The notes beneath the pieces are model-generated. The model did not search any database. It worked only from the letters and a program-made list of their open reading frames with translations, and was not told where the DNA came from. A DNA stretch of 64,000 nucleotides from Torpedo marmorata (lineage: Eukaryota): contig OZ360222.1 in the NCBI GenBank assembly GCA_977017645.1, positions 72,602,001-72,666,000 of the forward strand, written 5' to 3'. The position numbers and the translations under genes were made by a program. Positions 37,301-49,722 of this stretch are shown here, piece after piece; the stretch's first letter is position 1; every line of letters starts with the position of its first letter.

Positions 37301-38083
37301 AAAATCCATTCTTTTTAATAAAGAAGAATTAAATCTCCACCTATGTATATTTTTTTCTTTTTCTGGAATTATACAAGACATTAATAAAAGCGAATGATCA
37401 GAAATTATTCTTCCTTTATAAGATGCTTGTGTTACCCTATCTTGGACTTGTGAAGACAATAAAAACATATCTATCCTAGAATATGAATCATGTCTAAAAG
37501 AATAAAAAGAATAATCTTTTTCTCTAGGATTCAATTTTCTCCAAATATCTATTACATTTAAGTCTTTCATCAAACTAAGAACTCTTTTAGCAATTTTAGA
37601 TTTAGCAACTGATCTTGATGTTTTATTCATTATCGGATCTAAACAACAATTAAAATCCCCACCAATTAAAATATTATCATTAGCTTCTGACAAATGCATA
37701 AAAGAATCTTGAATAAATTGTTCATCATCCGCATTTGGTACATATATATTCATAAGTGTCCACAATTCTGAATATATCTGACAATGTATTAAAACATATC
37801 TACCTACCACATCTATAACCACAGATTGTATTTTAAAAGGTAACTTTTTATTAACTAATATAGCCACTCCTCTTGCTTTAGAATTAAATGAAGAAGCAAC
37901 CACTTGGCCAACCCATTCTCTCTTCAACTTCTGATGTTCTAAATCTGTCAAATGTGTCTCTTGTAAAAAAGCTATATCTACATTTAACTTTTTAATATGC
38001 GCTAAAGTTCTCTTCCTTTTAATCGGATTATTTAGCCCATTTATATTGATACTTACTACATTTATTGTTTTACTATCCATCAT
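34330..38083 (-). pseudogene. L1 ORF2 (APE endonuclease, RT, CCHC), frameshifted
   Basis: Motifs: NINGLNNPIKR, LQETH, GGDFN, SRIDMFL, SDHS, KSPGEDG, YRPISLLN, RQGCPLSP, FADD, CFRC. Confidence 0.95.
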
Positions 38084-38369
38084 TACTAAATCTTAATAAG
38101 TCTCTCTCCATCAAATCCACCAGCACCCTCCTCCACATTTGTAATCTATTTGACATCTCCTTGAAAAGAAAAAGAAAAAACAAGAAAATAGAAAAGAAAC
38201 AAAACCCCAATGTATACAATACTGGCAAAATTACCCCAGTATTACCCCCCTCCATTACTCGAGGTGACCCTTGCCATTAAGGTGGTATGCGGCTAGGAAG
38301 GAGAAAACAAAAAGTCCACCCCCCCCAACAGATTTTACACAACATTTTTTATCATATCTTCATTTAGCT

Positions 38370-39743
38370 TCTTCAAGGTCCTTATGAACTTGTTCTTCAT
38401 CAATCTCAATCTCGGCCTCCTCCTCTTTTCCTCAAGTACTTGGCAAAGAAACTTGCGATGATGAAATATCTTGAACTTGATGATGTTCCATCAGATCTTG
38501 ATCTTTCTTCAAATACGGAAGAAAATTTGCATGTTGGAGCGCTTGTTGGCAATCCGTAAAAAAACAAGATTGATTTTCTGCAGACTGAACCTTCAAAACC
38601 GCAGGATATCTAAACGAAAACTTATATCCCTTATTTCAAAGAATCGCTTTTCCTGGATTAAATTCCTTTCATTTTTTAACTATAACTGAACTCAGATCAG
38701 GATAAAAGAAAACTCTGTTTCCCTGAATCATCAATGGACCATTCTGCGACTTAGCATTTTAAATAACTACTTTCAATACTTTCTCTTTATCCGGATACCG
38801 AAGACATTTAACTAAAACTGGACATGGTCTTTGACCAGCATACAGTTTCCCCCTACCAACTCTATGCGCTCTCTCTAACTCCAGTCCATACTGAAACTTA
38901 TCAAGACCCAAAGTATCTGGAATCCATTTTTGAAAGAATTCAGTCGTATCGTAGTTTTCAAAATTTTCAGGTAATTCCACAATTTTAATATTGTTCCTCC
39001 GGCTCTGGTTGTCCAATACATCCAACTTTTGTAAAAGTTCATTTCTTTGTTGCTCCCAACCTGTGAATGAGTCTTCTACTTTATCAACTCTATCTTTATA
39101 ATCCACCATTTCTTCATAATGTTCTTTAACCTCTTTTTCAATTTCTTGAACTTTCACTTTTACTGTATTCACAGTATTTGTCTGTCTTCTCATATCTTGT
39201 TTAATACCTTTCATTTCTTCTTCAATTCCATTAAGTCTAAGTTCCAAACGATGTTCCATCCTTGAGATAGCTTTAAGTATTTGTTGAGCTACGTATATTT
39301 CAATCTCTTTACTTGAATCCTCAGCCTCTCCCTCCATTTCTCTCATTTCTTCTTCCATCATTCCTTTCTTCTCTTTCTTCTTATCCTCTGAACCTGATGA
39401 AGTTTCAAGTCCCACAACATATTGTCTCCTTTGCTGTCAGCTTTGTCTGACAGCTCCCATTGTCTATCGCGCATGCGCACTGTTTCGCGCATGCGCGGTT
39501 GCTCCGCTAAAATTTGTAGTTTTGTAGTTTTTCTTCGAGCACCGGCGCATCTTCCCCAGCTCCCTGGGATGGCAGCACCGGTGCTACAGTCGATCTAGGC
39601 GCCCTCGTTCGAGTAGATCTGGGAGGGAGAGAAACTTGAACCTGAGGCTCCATCAAGCAGGTAGGCCGATCTTCTTCTTGAAGTAAAAGTTGTTGAAACA
39701 TTGCTTTCCTTGCCTTTTGTTCTTTCGTTTTTCTTGAGGCCAT
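38370..39743 (-). pseudogene. L1 ORF1 (coiled coil plus RRM, Transposase_22-like), disrupted
   Basis: Coiled-coil stretch followed by NQSRRNNIKIVELPE...LERAHR. End coordinate is approximate. Confidence 0.85.
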
Positions 39744-40404
39744 TGTTAGACTTTTAATAAACACTTTTATCCTATTTTAAAACTAAGTAAAGTATCATAT
39801 ATACGGTTTTTGATTAAATCTGTGAGGAGAGGTGTATTTCAATGTCTCCGACCTACGCCATCAAACCACGCCCCCCTCCTGACTTCCTCCTGAAGTCCAC
39901 AATCATCTCCTCGGTTTTGCTAACATTGAGCGCAAGGTTGTTGGCATGACACCATTCAACAGCTGATCTATCTCCCTCCTGTACGCTTCCTCATTGCTGT
40001 TTGTGATTCTGCTGACAACCGTGGTGTCATCGACAAATTTGTAGATAGCATTGGAATTGTGCCTGGTCAAACAGTCATGGGTGTATATTGAGTAGAGCCG
40101 TGGGCTAAGCACGCATCCTTGAGGTGCGCCTGCGTTGATACTAAGGAGGAGATGTTGTTACTAATTCGTACTGACTGTGGTCTTCCGATGAGGAAGTCAA
40201 GGATCCAGTCACAGAGGGGGGGTGCAGAAGTCCAGGTGTTGGAGCTTCTCGACCAGCATTTAGGGAATAATCGTGTTGAAGGCTGAGCTGTAGTCTATGA
40301 GGAGCAGCCGAATAGCCGTATGTATGAGTTGCTGTTTTCAAGGTGATCCAGAGCTGAGTGGAGAGCCAGTGATATTGCGTCTGCTGTGGACCGATTGTGA
40401 CAAT

Positions 40405-40515
40405 AGGCTTAGAAGGGGATGGACCAAATGCAAGCAAATGGGACTAGCCCAGAATGCCAACTTGATCAGTGTGGACGAGTTGGGCGAAAGGGACTGTTCT
40501 ATGCTGTCTGACTCC
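40405..40515 (+). mobile_element. CR1 3' tail remnant (continuation from 32644-33388)
   Basis: ggaccaaatgcaagcaaatgggactag...gttgggcgaaagggactg...tgctgtctgactc. Confidence 0.6.
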
Positions 40516-41091
40516 ACGAATCTTCACCATGAAAGTGGAGTACTGTATTACAACTAGAGAACACAGTTTCAATGTTAAGTTGAAGGCATTCAAGAAGACC
40601 CAATAACAAAAGCCGATCATTGTACTTAAGTCTTAAAAAAGATCCTTATTTTGACTTATGTTCTGGCTTTGGGGCCCAATAGCTAAAGACCAAGATTAGA
40701 ACTGCTTCTGATAGCATTTTTAAGACCCACACTTCATATTGGCATTCCTATCTGTCAAGATATTCATTTATATTTCATGGTCTTGGTATTTGGTTTAATT
40801 GCAGATGCATAGAAGATTAATGGTCCTGGACAAGGTGATGAGAACTCTTTTGTACAAGCTGTCTTGGTCAACGTGTCATGAATTAGGTGCTGATAGTTTA
40901 CCTCATCACTTTATTCAGGATGAGTAACCAACAAAACATATAAAATAAAACCAGATGTCAAGGTTATGTAATAGAACTGAATGCAGATTTAATGGAGAAA
41001 GGTGTCCTTTCATTGAACTGCACTATAAACAAAATTTAAAAAACATCCCAATAGATTTTATCACCATTGAAGTGTTTTTGAAGTGTAGTCA

Positions 41092-41518
41092 GAAGTAAAT
41101 CATGAAAATCTGTAGACACCGTGGTTGAAGTAAAAACACAAAATGCTGGAGAATCTCAGCTGGTTAAACAGTGTCCTTTATGTAGCAAAGGCAACATCGA
41201 CTTCTCTGCTTTCTGCTAACTTGCTTGCCTTTTCTTTCCCCTCCCCCTTTCCAGTTTTTCCAGTTCTATCCCTCCCTTCCCCCTCCATCCACCTCCCTCT
41301 GATCGCTGCTGTCCCCTCCCTCCCTTCTCCACCTATCATCTCCTGCCTTTGCCACCCCCTCCTTTTCCCCCCCAATCTTTTTGTTCAGACGCCTGCCGAC
41401 ATTCTCTCATACCTTGATGAAGGGCTCAAGCCCGAACTGTCGGTTATGTATTTTTACCTTTGCTACATAAAGGACACTGTTTGACCTGCTGAGTTTCTCC
41501 TGCATTTTGTGTTTTTAC
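41092..41518. mobile_element. Penelope pseudo-LTR insertion with an inverted 5' pLTR
   Basis: 41130-41190 is the reverse complement of 41460-41518. 14-bp TSD ttgaagtgtagtca at 41078-41091 and 41519-41532. Confidence 0.85.
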
Positions 41519-42389
41519 TTGAAGTGTAGTCACATTTGTAATGAAGAAAACATGGCACAGCAAGGTCCCACTAAGAACAACAAAATAAAGGTCAAGCAAT
41601 CTGTTTATTAATGTTGTCACATATTAGTTTGACCTCTGGGTAGAACCCCAAAATGATGCAGTGGATGTTTTTATATTTATCCAAAAGGCAACATCTTCAA
41701 CATCACACGCTGTACCCCAATGGAGTGACAGGCTAACTTTTATGCCAAGGAATGAGATTTAAACCGATGAGTAAGAATTTTCCAAGCTCAGCCATGGACA
41801 GTGCCAGCATGAGAAGTAATCATAAATGCAGACCGAAACTTCAGTTTGCTTCTTGGGAAAAAAACTCTAACATAGATGACCTTTTAGATTTAATTCCAAT
41901 GATGGTGGTAGGAGGAGATCGTAGTTAAACAGGAAAATTGAGTAGCTACCTCCAACCTTCTGAATATGGGTTTTAAGGAGGCAACTTAAAGGGCGCGTAT
42001 CCAACCTTCTCCTGTTTTTTCAAATATATTAAATTACCTCGTATCCTTTGCAGCTTCAACACTGGATGGCTAGGATCCCAAAACTTGGGGAACTAACAGT
42101 AACAGCAAGAAATTGTATATGTCTCAAGGTATTGCTTGCAGTCTGACAGGCGAGAATTGCTGACCTTTGTACCCGCCCTCCAATACCTGTAACTCTCTCC
42201 TTGCCTCAGTCTAAGTCCTGTTCAATGTAAATATTCCTGGGGTCAGATTCAGATCCCCTCAAGATGATTAGTATGAGTGACACTGCTCAGCTAATGCAGG
42301 CCCCTCACTTCTGGGCATTCCTATCCCCACACCCAGCCCTGCAGGGTCAATGATCAGAAATATCTGAGCCTTCTTTGGAATCTCCCCTT

Positions 42390-42905
42390 CTCCTTCTTCG
42401 CTTCTTCGGTAGGCCCAAGAGATTGAGGATGATTAGGTTCCATCCTAGTTCTGTGGGTTCTGAAGTGAGTGATGAGGCTAACTCTGAATGTGAACTACAG
42501 ACTCTTCCACAGATAGGACAAGAGGTCCTAATGTGGTGGGTTTAAGTTTGTGTGTCCCTTCTGTCATTTCTGTTGGGTTCTGTGTGTTCCCAGCACATGA
42601 ATTTAAGGTTCCCTGGATGTTCCTTCTCCATTTTGATTGGTCATCGACCAGGGATTTCCAGGTGTCAATGGGGATGCTGTACTTTGTCAAGGAAGCATTG
42701 AGAAGACTGTATCCTGGTAATTTATTCTTATGACAGAGTTTGGAATAGAGCATCTGCTTTGAGAGTCTAGCATTAGGCAGAAAGGTAATGTGTCCTGCAC
42801 ACCAATGGCATGAATTAGGGCCTCAGTGCTAGCCTGGGAGAGGACATTAGTGTTGCTTTGCTTATCTTTCCATTGAATTTGGAAGATTTTGCAGAGAAAG
42901 TGGCA
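42390..42905 (-). mobile_element. RTE-clade LINE 3' fragment
   Basis: QMLYSKL...ASLTKYSIPIDTWKSLVDDQSKWR plus a degenerate zinc-finger region. Confidence 0.65.
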
Positions 42906-43549
42906 ATCTTCTCTTCCAAATGGATAACATCCCTGTCAATCCCGTTAACACTAATTTATATGTTTAGCATTACATACGATATTCTGCTGGTATGTGAATA
43001 AAGTTAGAATAAAATACTAATTCATAATTTAAATGAACTGTTCCAAAATTAAGATGATGATTTAATCAATTTGGTAGAATATATCCAAACGTGGGATGAA
43101 TTTGGACTATATCCAAATTCTAAATCGGGTGTTGGTATAGAACCACAGATCCATAGGACACTACAGCACAGAATCAGGCCCTTTGGCCCTTCTAGTCTGT
43201 GCCAAACTATTATTTTGCCTAGTCCCACTGACCTTTAGAACACTGATATTTCATATTGCTAGAACACAATGTAAAATGGATAGATACCGGTAGTTCTGGA
43301 AATGAGTCTTGAAGCACAACATGAATAGCATTCACACAGAAGCAGCTTGGTGAGAGTGATTAAACATTTCCTTCTAGCATTCAGAAGCATTACCCAGACT
43401 TAATCCTCCATTATCAACTTCCTGGGGGAAGTCAGCATTGACGAGAAACTTAGTTGGACAAGGCCAGATCAGAGGCTACATTTCTCACACTACCTGGTCA
43501 GCTGCCGTGGTCACCTTCCTTTAGGGTTGTCTCCCAGGCTACTCCTTCT

Positions 43550-44395
43550 GAACGAGGATGTTCCCCCATTTCTGGTGCCCTGCACCAGTCCGTTGGTCCC
43601 CCAGAGTTTGTCACCCCTCATGGCACACTGACCAGCACAGGCCACAAGCCATCTTGGTCACAGACCTCCTTGATTGCAGGATGTTAAAAAAAAACACTCT
43701 CGGCACCTCTAACAGGCTATTTAAAACCTGTACGGAGCCATCGTCATCACGACTGAGCAGTAGGGCCCTGTAGAGCAGCGCTGTGTCTCTGCTCTCCGCT
43801 CTCCCTGGTCTTGGATATGGAGTATTGTGAGCAGCTTTGGTCTCCTCATTTAAGAATGGATTTGCTGACACCAGGATGATTCCAGGAATGAAAGGGTTAT
43901 CATTTGACAGCTCTTGGCCAGTATTCATTGGAATTTAGGAGAATGAGGAGAGATCTCATTGAAACATTTCGAATGGTGAAAGGCGTGGACAGAGTAGATG
44001 TAGAAAGGTTGTTTCCCACGGCGGGAGAGTCTAGGACAAGAGAGTACAACTTCAGGGTAAGAGGGCGTCTGCTTAGAACAGAGATGAGTAGGAATTTCTT
44101 CAGCCAGAGGGTGGTGAATCTGTGAAGTTTGTTGCCACAGGCGGTTGTGGAGGCCAGGTCATTGGGTGTATTTAAGGCAGAGATGGATAGATTTTTGAAT
44201 AGACAGGGCATCAAAGGTTATGGGGAGAAGGCCGGGCACTGGGGCTGAGTGGGAAAATGGATCAGCTCATGATTGAATGGTGGGGCAGACTCGATGGGCT
44301 GAATAGCCTATATCTGCACCTATGTCCTCTGGTCTTATGGTCAGCCCCAGCGGCAGCGCTGCTGTTACATCAACTCCGGCAACACCACCATATTT
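43550..44395 (-). mobile_element. 5' part of the non-autonomous family (see 19900-20713), interrupted by CR1
   Basis: gccatcttggtcacagacc...aacaggctatttaaa...ggagcc...gctgtgtctctgctc, resuming at 44341 with cagcggcagcgctgctgttaca. Confidence 0.6.
43806..44340 (+). mobile_element. CR1 LINE 3' portion
   Basis: LGQYSLEFRRMRRDLIETFRMVKG...FFSQRVVNL, followed by a CR1 tail. Confidence 0.88.
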
Positions 44396-45982
44396 ATTTT
44401 ATGTATAGAAAAGGGTATGACAAAAATATGAGTAATGGCTTTCTAAATTTGGGCAAAGCCCAGTACGTCTTGGCAGACATAGCAAAAGTGAACTGGAAAC
44501 TGACTTGAAGGCAAATCAAACTTCAATTAATAGGATGTGTTCAAAGGGGAGATTAAAAAGCTTCAGGGTAAACATGTTCCCACAAAGCAAAAGAGAAGAC
44601 TGCCAAATCCAGAGCACCCAATAATACAATATACACAGAGGATAGGATATAGAAAAAAAGGAAGCAAAAATAGCTTAAAACTGAAGATTTTCAAGAGTAA
44701 AGATAGTGTATGATATTAAAAAAGGAGGATAACAAACAAAAGAGCAGAAACCAAATTAAGTAACCTATGCCTGGAAAAGAGGATGTGGGCAATATTCTTA
44801 ATGAATACTCTGTGGGTGACTACATAAAAGAGAATGGGTTGATTTTATTGTTGTAGTTAAGAAGAATGAATGTGGGAAAACTAATGGGATACGTGTAGTT
44901 AAAAAAGGCGTATTAGGTTGTTTTACTGCCAGGCCAGGATGAAATGAGACAGACTGGTGAAAAACATAAAATTGAACTGTCAGAGTTTTATAGGTTGTAA
45001 AATGGAAAAGACTAGTGCGGGCAAGAGTGTGCTCCTACAGACAGAGGGAGGGGAATTTATGAGGGGTGGGGGAGTAAGGAAATAAAAGAGGAATTAAACA
45101 ATTGTTCTGCATTTGTATTCATAGAAGGCACACAAAATGTACAAGATTTATTGGAGAATCAAGGGTTTAGTGTGAATGAGTAAGTGAACAAAGTAGTATT
45201 ATTCAAACATACTAAGAGGGAACATGGTGAGCTTAAAAGATCCAAGAACCAATCCAGATTAACAAAAAGAGTTGGCTAAATGGAAAATGCTCTGGCTATC
45301 ATCTTTCTCAGTTCTATTGATTCCAGAACTGTTTTTTTTTAATGTGGATTTGAGGGCAGTGAATGTAAAGAAGGAAGACTGAGACAAAACAGGGAAATAC
45401 TGATCTGTGGTTAATAATTCTCTACTGCAGTAACAGGAAAATGCTGGGATCTATAATAAAAGGTGTAAATATCCAATAAAAATATGACGGAGCAGAGTGA
45501 ACATTTATGAAAGAAAACTCATGTTTGAATAATCTGCTGGAGTTCTTTAAGGATGTGATGAGTAGAATTAATAAAGGGAGTACCAATGGATAAAAAAGAT
45601 TGGATTTGTGGAGGCATTCCATGAAGTCCTGGATGGGAGGTTGACCTACAAGGTTAGACCACACAATGGGACTAATATAGTGATATGGGTTGAGAATTGG
45701 TCATTGAAGAGAAAGCAAAGAGTAATTGGTCTATTTCTCTCATATATTCCTTTTTAATTTTTGAAGAATAACATAATTTGACCTCTTAGATATGCTTTCA
45801 AAGTTTCCCATATTACAAATTTATCATGCATGGAGTTTAAATTTGTTTCACAAAATATCTGAATTTGCCTCCTTATAAAGTCACAAAAGTCTATTCTTTT
45901 TAATAATAATGGATTCAATCTCCATCTATATATCGATTTTTCTTTATCAGGCATGGCAATTGTCATTAATAAAGGTGAATGG

Positions 45983-46380
45983 GAATAAATATGGGGTATT
46001 TTTGCAAATTTGGCGTCCATTTATCCAATTATTAGGAATGAATATTTAAATGCGTTGCCCTACATCCTAGACCCTACTGACTCTCTTAAATTTAAATTTA
46101 AAGAACGAACATTATTGAATATCTTGCACCGAGCCGTGGACCCGTACAGATATTTTTCTTCCTCTATCTTTCTTTTCTTATTTTTAGTAAGGGGAGGGAA
46201 TAAGGGACGGGAAGGGTGGAGGGTGGGTTGTTTTAGTGAGGGTGGGTTTAGATGGGGTTAGAATCACGGTAATACAAATTTTGTATGTATTGAATTTATT
46301 AATGTTTATTATGTATCTTGTACTATTCTGTATTATTGTGAAAAATTTGAAAATTTAAAATAAAATATTAAAAAAAAAAA
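45983..46380 (+). mobile_element. Short L1 3' end nested in the inverted segment
   Basis: Starts aataaatatggggtatttttgcaaatttggcgtcc (same as ~50972) and ends in poly(A). TSD aataa(a/t)ggtgaatgg at 45968-45982 and 46381-46395. Confidence 0.85.
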
Positions 46381-47982
46381 AATAATGGTGAATGGTCAGA
46401 CAAAATATTTGCTTTATATTCTGCTAATATTCTAACTTGAAATTGTGCTGAAACTAAAAATAAATCAATTCTAGAATAAGAATCATGTCTGCTCGAATAA
46501 AATGAATAATCTTTTTCCCGAGGATGGATTCTTCTCCAGGCATCTATTAAATTTAAATCTTTCATTTGTACCAGCGTAGCTTTTGCTGCCTTGGTTCTCT
46601 TCACTCCTCTTGTAGATCTATCTAAGACTGGATCTAAACAAAAGTTGAAGTATCCTCCTATTATAATATTTTCGTGTGTCTCTGCTATATTAAGAAAAGT
46701 TTCTTGAATAAATTTGTCATCATCCACATTAAGAGCATATATATTCAAAAAAGTCCAAAATTCCGAATGTATTTGGCAATGTATCATTACATATCTCCCT
46801 CCCTACAGGATCCATCACAACATTTTGAATTTTAATTGGGAGATTCTTTTTTATTAAGATTGCCACACCTCTTGCCTTAGAATTAAATGAAGAAGCTGCT
46901 ACATATCCCACCCAGTCTCTTTTTAGTTTCAAATGTTCTTTCTCTGTTAAGTGTGTCTCTTAAGCGCCGGGAGAAGATGGTTTTCCACCAGAGTTTTATA
47001 AAGAGTTTAAAGAACTATTAATTCCTGTCTTTATGGATATGTTACAAGAGGCATCAGTAATTCATACACTCCTGGAATCCTTCTCAACAGCAATAATTAC
47101 AGTAATACTAAAGAAAGATAGAGATCCATTGAAACCTTCATCTTATAGACCAATTTCATTATTAAATGCAGACTATAAAATTGTGGCTAATAGGATAACT
47201 AAATTGTTACCTAAATTAGTAAACATGGATCAGACAGGTTTTATAAAAAATAGACAAGCAGCTGACGATGTAGCAAGATTACTTAGTATTATTCATTTAG
47301 CTCAAAAAAGAAAAGTACTAAGTGTTGCGGTGGCATTAGATGCTGAAAAAGAATTTGATAGATTGGAATGGGATTTTTTGTTTAAAGTACTGAAGAAATT
47401 TGGATTTGGACAGACTTATATAAACTGGATTAAAGCATTATATAATGCTCCAGAAGCTAAAGTAGTGACAAAAGGACAAATATCAACTCTGTTCTGTTTG
47501 AAAAGGTCTAGTAGACAAGGATGCCCATTGTCACCAGCTTTATTTATACTAGCTATAGAACCACTTGCAGAGGCAATTAGAAGCGATTCAGAAATTAAGG
47601 GATTTGAAGTTGGCCAAGAACAACATAAAATTAGTCTATTTGCAGATGATGTTTTAATATATTTGACAGAGCCTGAGACCTCTTTACAAAGATTACATTT
47701 TAGATTGGAAGAATATGGAAAAATCTCAGGTTAAAAAATAAATTGGGACAAAAGTGAAATTATGCCCCTTACAGAAGACTATACTATATGTAAAAGAAAT
47801 ACTCCGTTTAAATGACCGCATAATGGGATAAAATACTTAGGAAATCGAACAGATAATAATTTTTAAAATCTATATAAATTTACCATTACTTAAAAAGGTT
47901 AAAGAAGATTTGGAAAAATGGATGAATTTACCTATAACATTGATAGGAAGAGTTAATTGTATTAAAATGAAAATATTTCCAA

Positions 47983-49722
47983 GTACGAATTGGAAACAAC
48001 GTCCCCTCCTCACTGATTATCAACACAACGCACCCCAAGGATGCATGCTTAGCCCACTGCTCTACTCGTTATACACCCATGACTGTGTGGCCAGGCACAA
48101 TTCCAATGCCATATATAAGTTTGCCGATGACACCACAGTTGTTGGCAGAATCACAAACGGCAATGAGGAAGCGTACAGGAGGGAGATAGATCAGCTCGTT
48201 GAATGGTGTAACGACAACAACCTTGAGCTCAACGTCAGCAAAACCAAGGAGATGATTGTGGACTTCAGGAGGAAGTCAGGAGAACACGACCCAGTCCTCA
48301 TCGAGGGCTCAGTAGTGGAGAGGGTCAATAACTTCAAATTCCTGGGTGACAACATCTCCGAGGACCTGTCCTGGAGCCTCCACGTTGATGCAATCATAAA
48401 GAAGGCTTGCCAGCGGCTATACTTTGTGATGTGTCTGAGGAGATTCGGTATGTTACCGAAGACTCTCGTAAACTTCTACAGGTGTACCGTGGAGAGCATT
48501 CTGGCTGGTTGCATCACTGCCTGGTATGGAGGCGCCAACTTTCAGGACAAGAGTAAACTCCAGAGGGTTGTTAACTCGGCCTGTGACATCACAGGCACCA
48601 TACCTCACTCCATCGAGGACATCTACATGAGGCGGTGTCTTAAAAAAGCAGTCTCTATCCTCTAAAGACCCCCACCACCCAGGCCATGCCCTCTTCACTC
48701 TGCTACCATTGGGAAAAAGGTACAGGAGCCTAAAGATGAGCACTCAACGGCACAAGGACAGCTTCTTCCCCGCTGCCATCAGATTCCTGAATAATCAATG
48801 AACCAAAGACACTGCCTTACTTTCCGTGCACTATTATTTATAATTTTTTGTCGTAAGATGGTTATAATATTATATTTAACACCTAAAAAATTAAAGAAAT
48901 TTAATCCGACATTATCAGGCTTATGTTTTAGATGCAATAGTGAGGAAGGTTCTTTTGTTCATTCTACATGGTTTTGTCCAAAGATTCAAGATTTTTGGTT
49001 GAAAGTTAAAAAATTTTTAGATAAAGTATTTAATATTGTGTTTCCAATGGATCCTATGTTATTTTTATTTGGAGATATTAGAAAATTTAGTATTAAGATG
49101 AAACTAAATATGTTTCAAGTAGAATTTTTGCGAATTGCTTTAGCTGTTTACAAAAAATGCATTGCTATTACTTGGAAATCTGACTTAGATTTAGGATTAG
49201 AAAGATGGCATGCAGAGCTTCGTTCGTGTATACCACTGGAAAAAAATTACTTATAATTTACGTAATAAATATCATTTTTTCTTGAAAATTTGGAGCCCAT
49301 ATATGAGAGCTGTGGGTTTAAGGATTTGAAGATCTCTAGATATCAGATCTGCTGGCATACTTGACCTCCATAATAGAATTAGTTTGGAAGGTATTCCCCT
49401 CACTCTATTCGTTTCTTTCTATTCTTTTCTTTCTTTTTTCTATTTTACTTTAATTTTAATTTTAATTTTTATTGTTTATTAGATTAATGGGGATGGGGGG
49501 GTTGGGGAGGGGAGGGAGGGTGGGGGGGTGAAAATATATCACATGTATTTTGATAATTTTATATTTTATCTTATGTATTTTGTGATTTAAAAGTTTAAAT
49601 AAAATAATTTAAAAAAAAGATGGTTATAATATGAATTTTAATTGCACTATGATGCTGCCGCAAAACACCTAATTTCATGACTTGTTCATGACAATAAATT
49701 CTGATTCTGATTCTGATTCTGA
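47983..49722 (+). mobile_element. Rex1/Babar LINE, 5'-truncated, nested in L1 ORF2
   Basis: APQGCMLSPLLYSLYTHDC...KFADDTTVVG and a (TGATTC)n tail. It interrupts the L1 motif FP|RIQYL. Confidence 0.9.
48871..49616 (+). mobile_element. L1 3' fragment (same family as 34073-39875) nested in the Rex1 3' UTR
   Basis: LYLTPKKLKKFNPTLSGLCFRC...ERWHAELRSCIPLEK. 16-bp TSD aagatggttataatat at 48855-48870 and 49617-49632. Confidence 0.92.

Larger units (their letters stand above)
34073..39875 (-). mobile_element. Full-length L1-clade LINE (~5.8 kb)
   Basis: Short 5' UTR starting ggggg, then ORF1, ORF2, a G-rich 3' UTR tract and A-rich tail. 16-bp TSD ctcctgacttcctcct at 34057-34072 and 39876-39891. Confidence 0.95.
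33389..40404 (-). mobile_element. Rex1/Babar LINE, 5'-truncated, split by a full-length L1
   Basis: ORFs LSPRLYSIYTHDC...KFVDDTTVV and QRLYFVRCL...NSFFPAAIRFLN. Tandem tail at 33389. TSD aggcttagaa at 33379-33388 and 40405-40414. Confidence 0.88.

Noticed and set aside
47910-48665. 251-aa ORF as a novel L1-Rex1 fusion protein
   Set aside because: It is a chance in-frame junction from a Rex1 insertion into a dead L1 ORF2.
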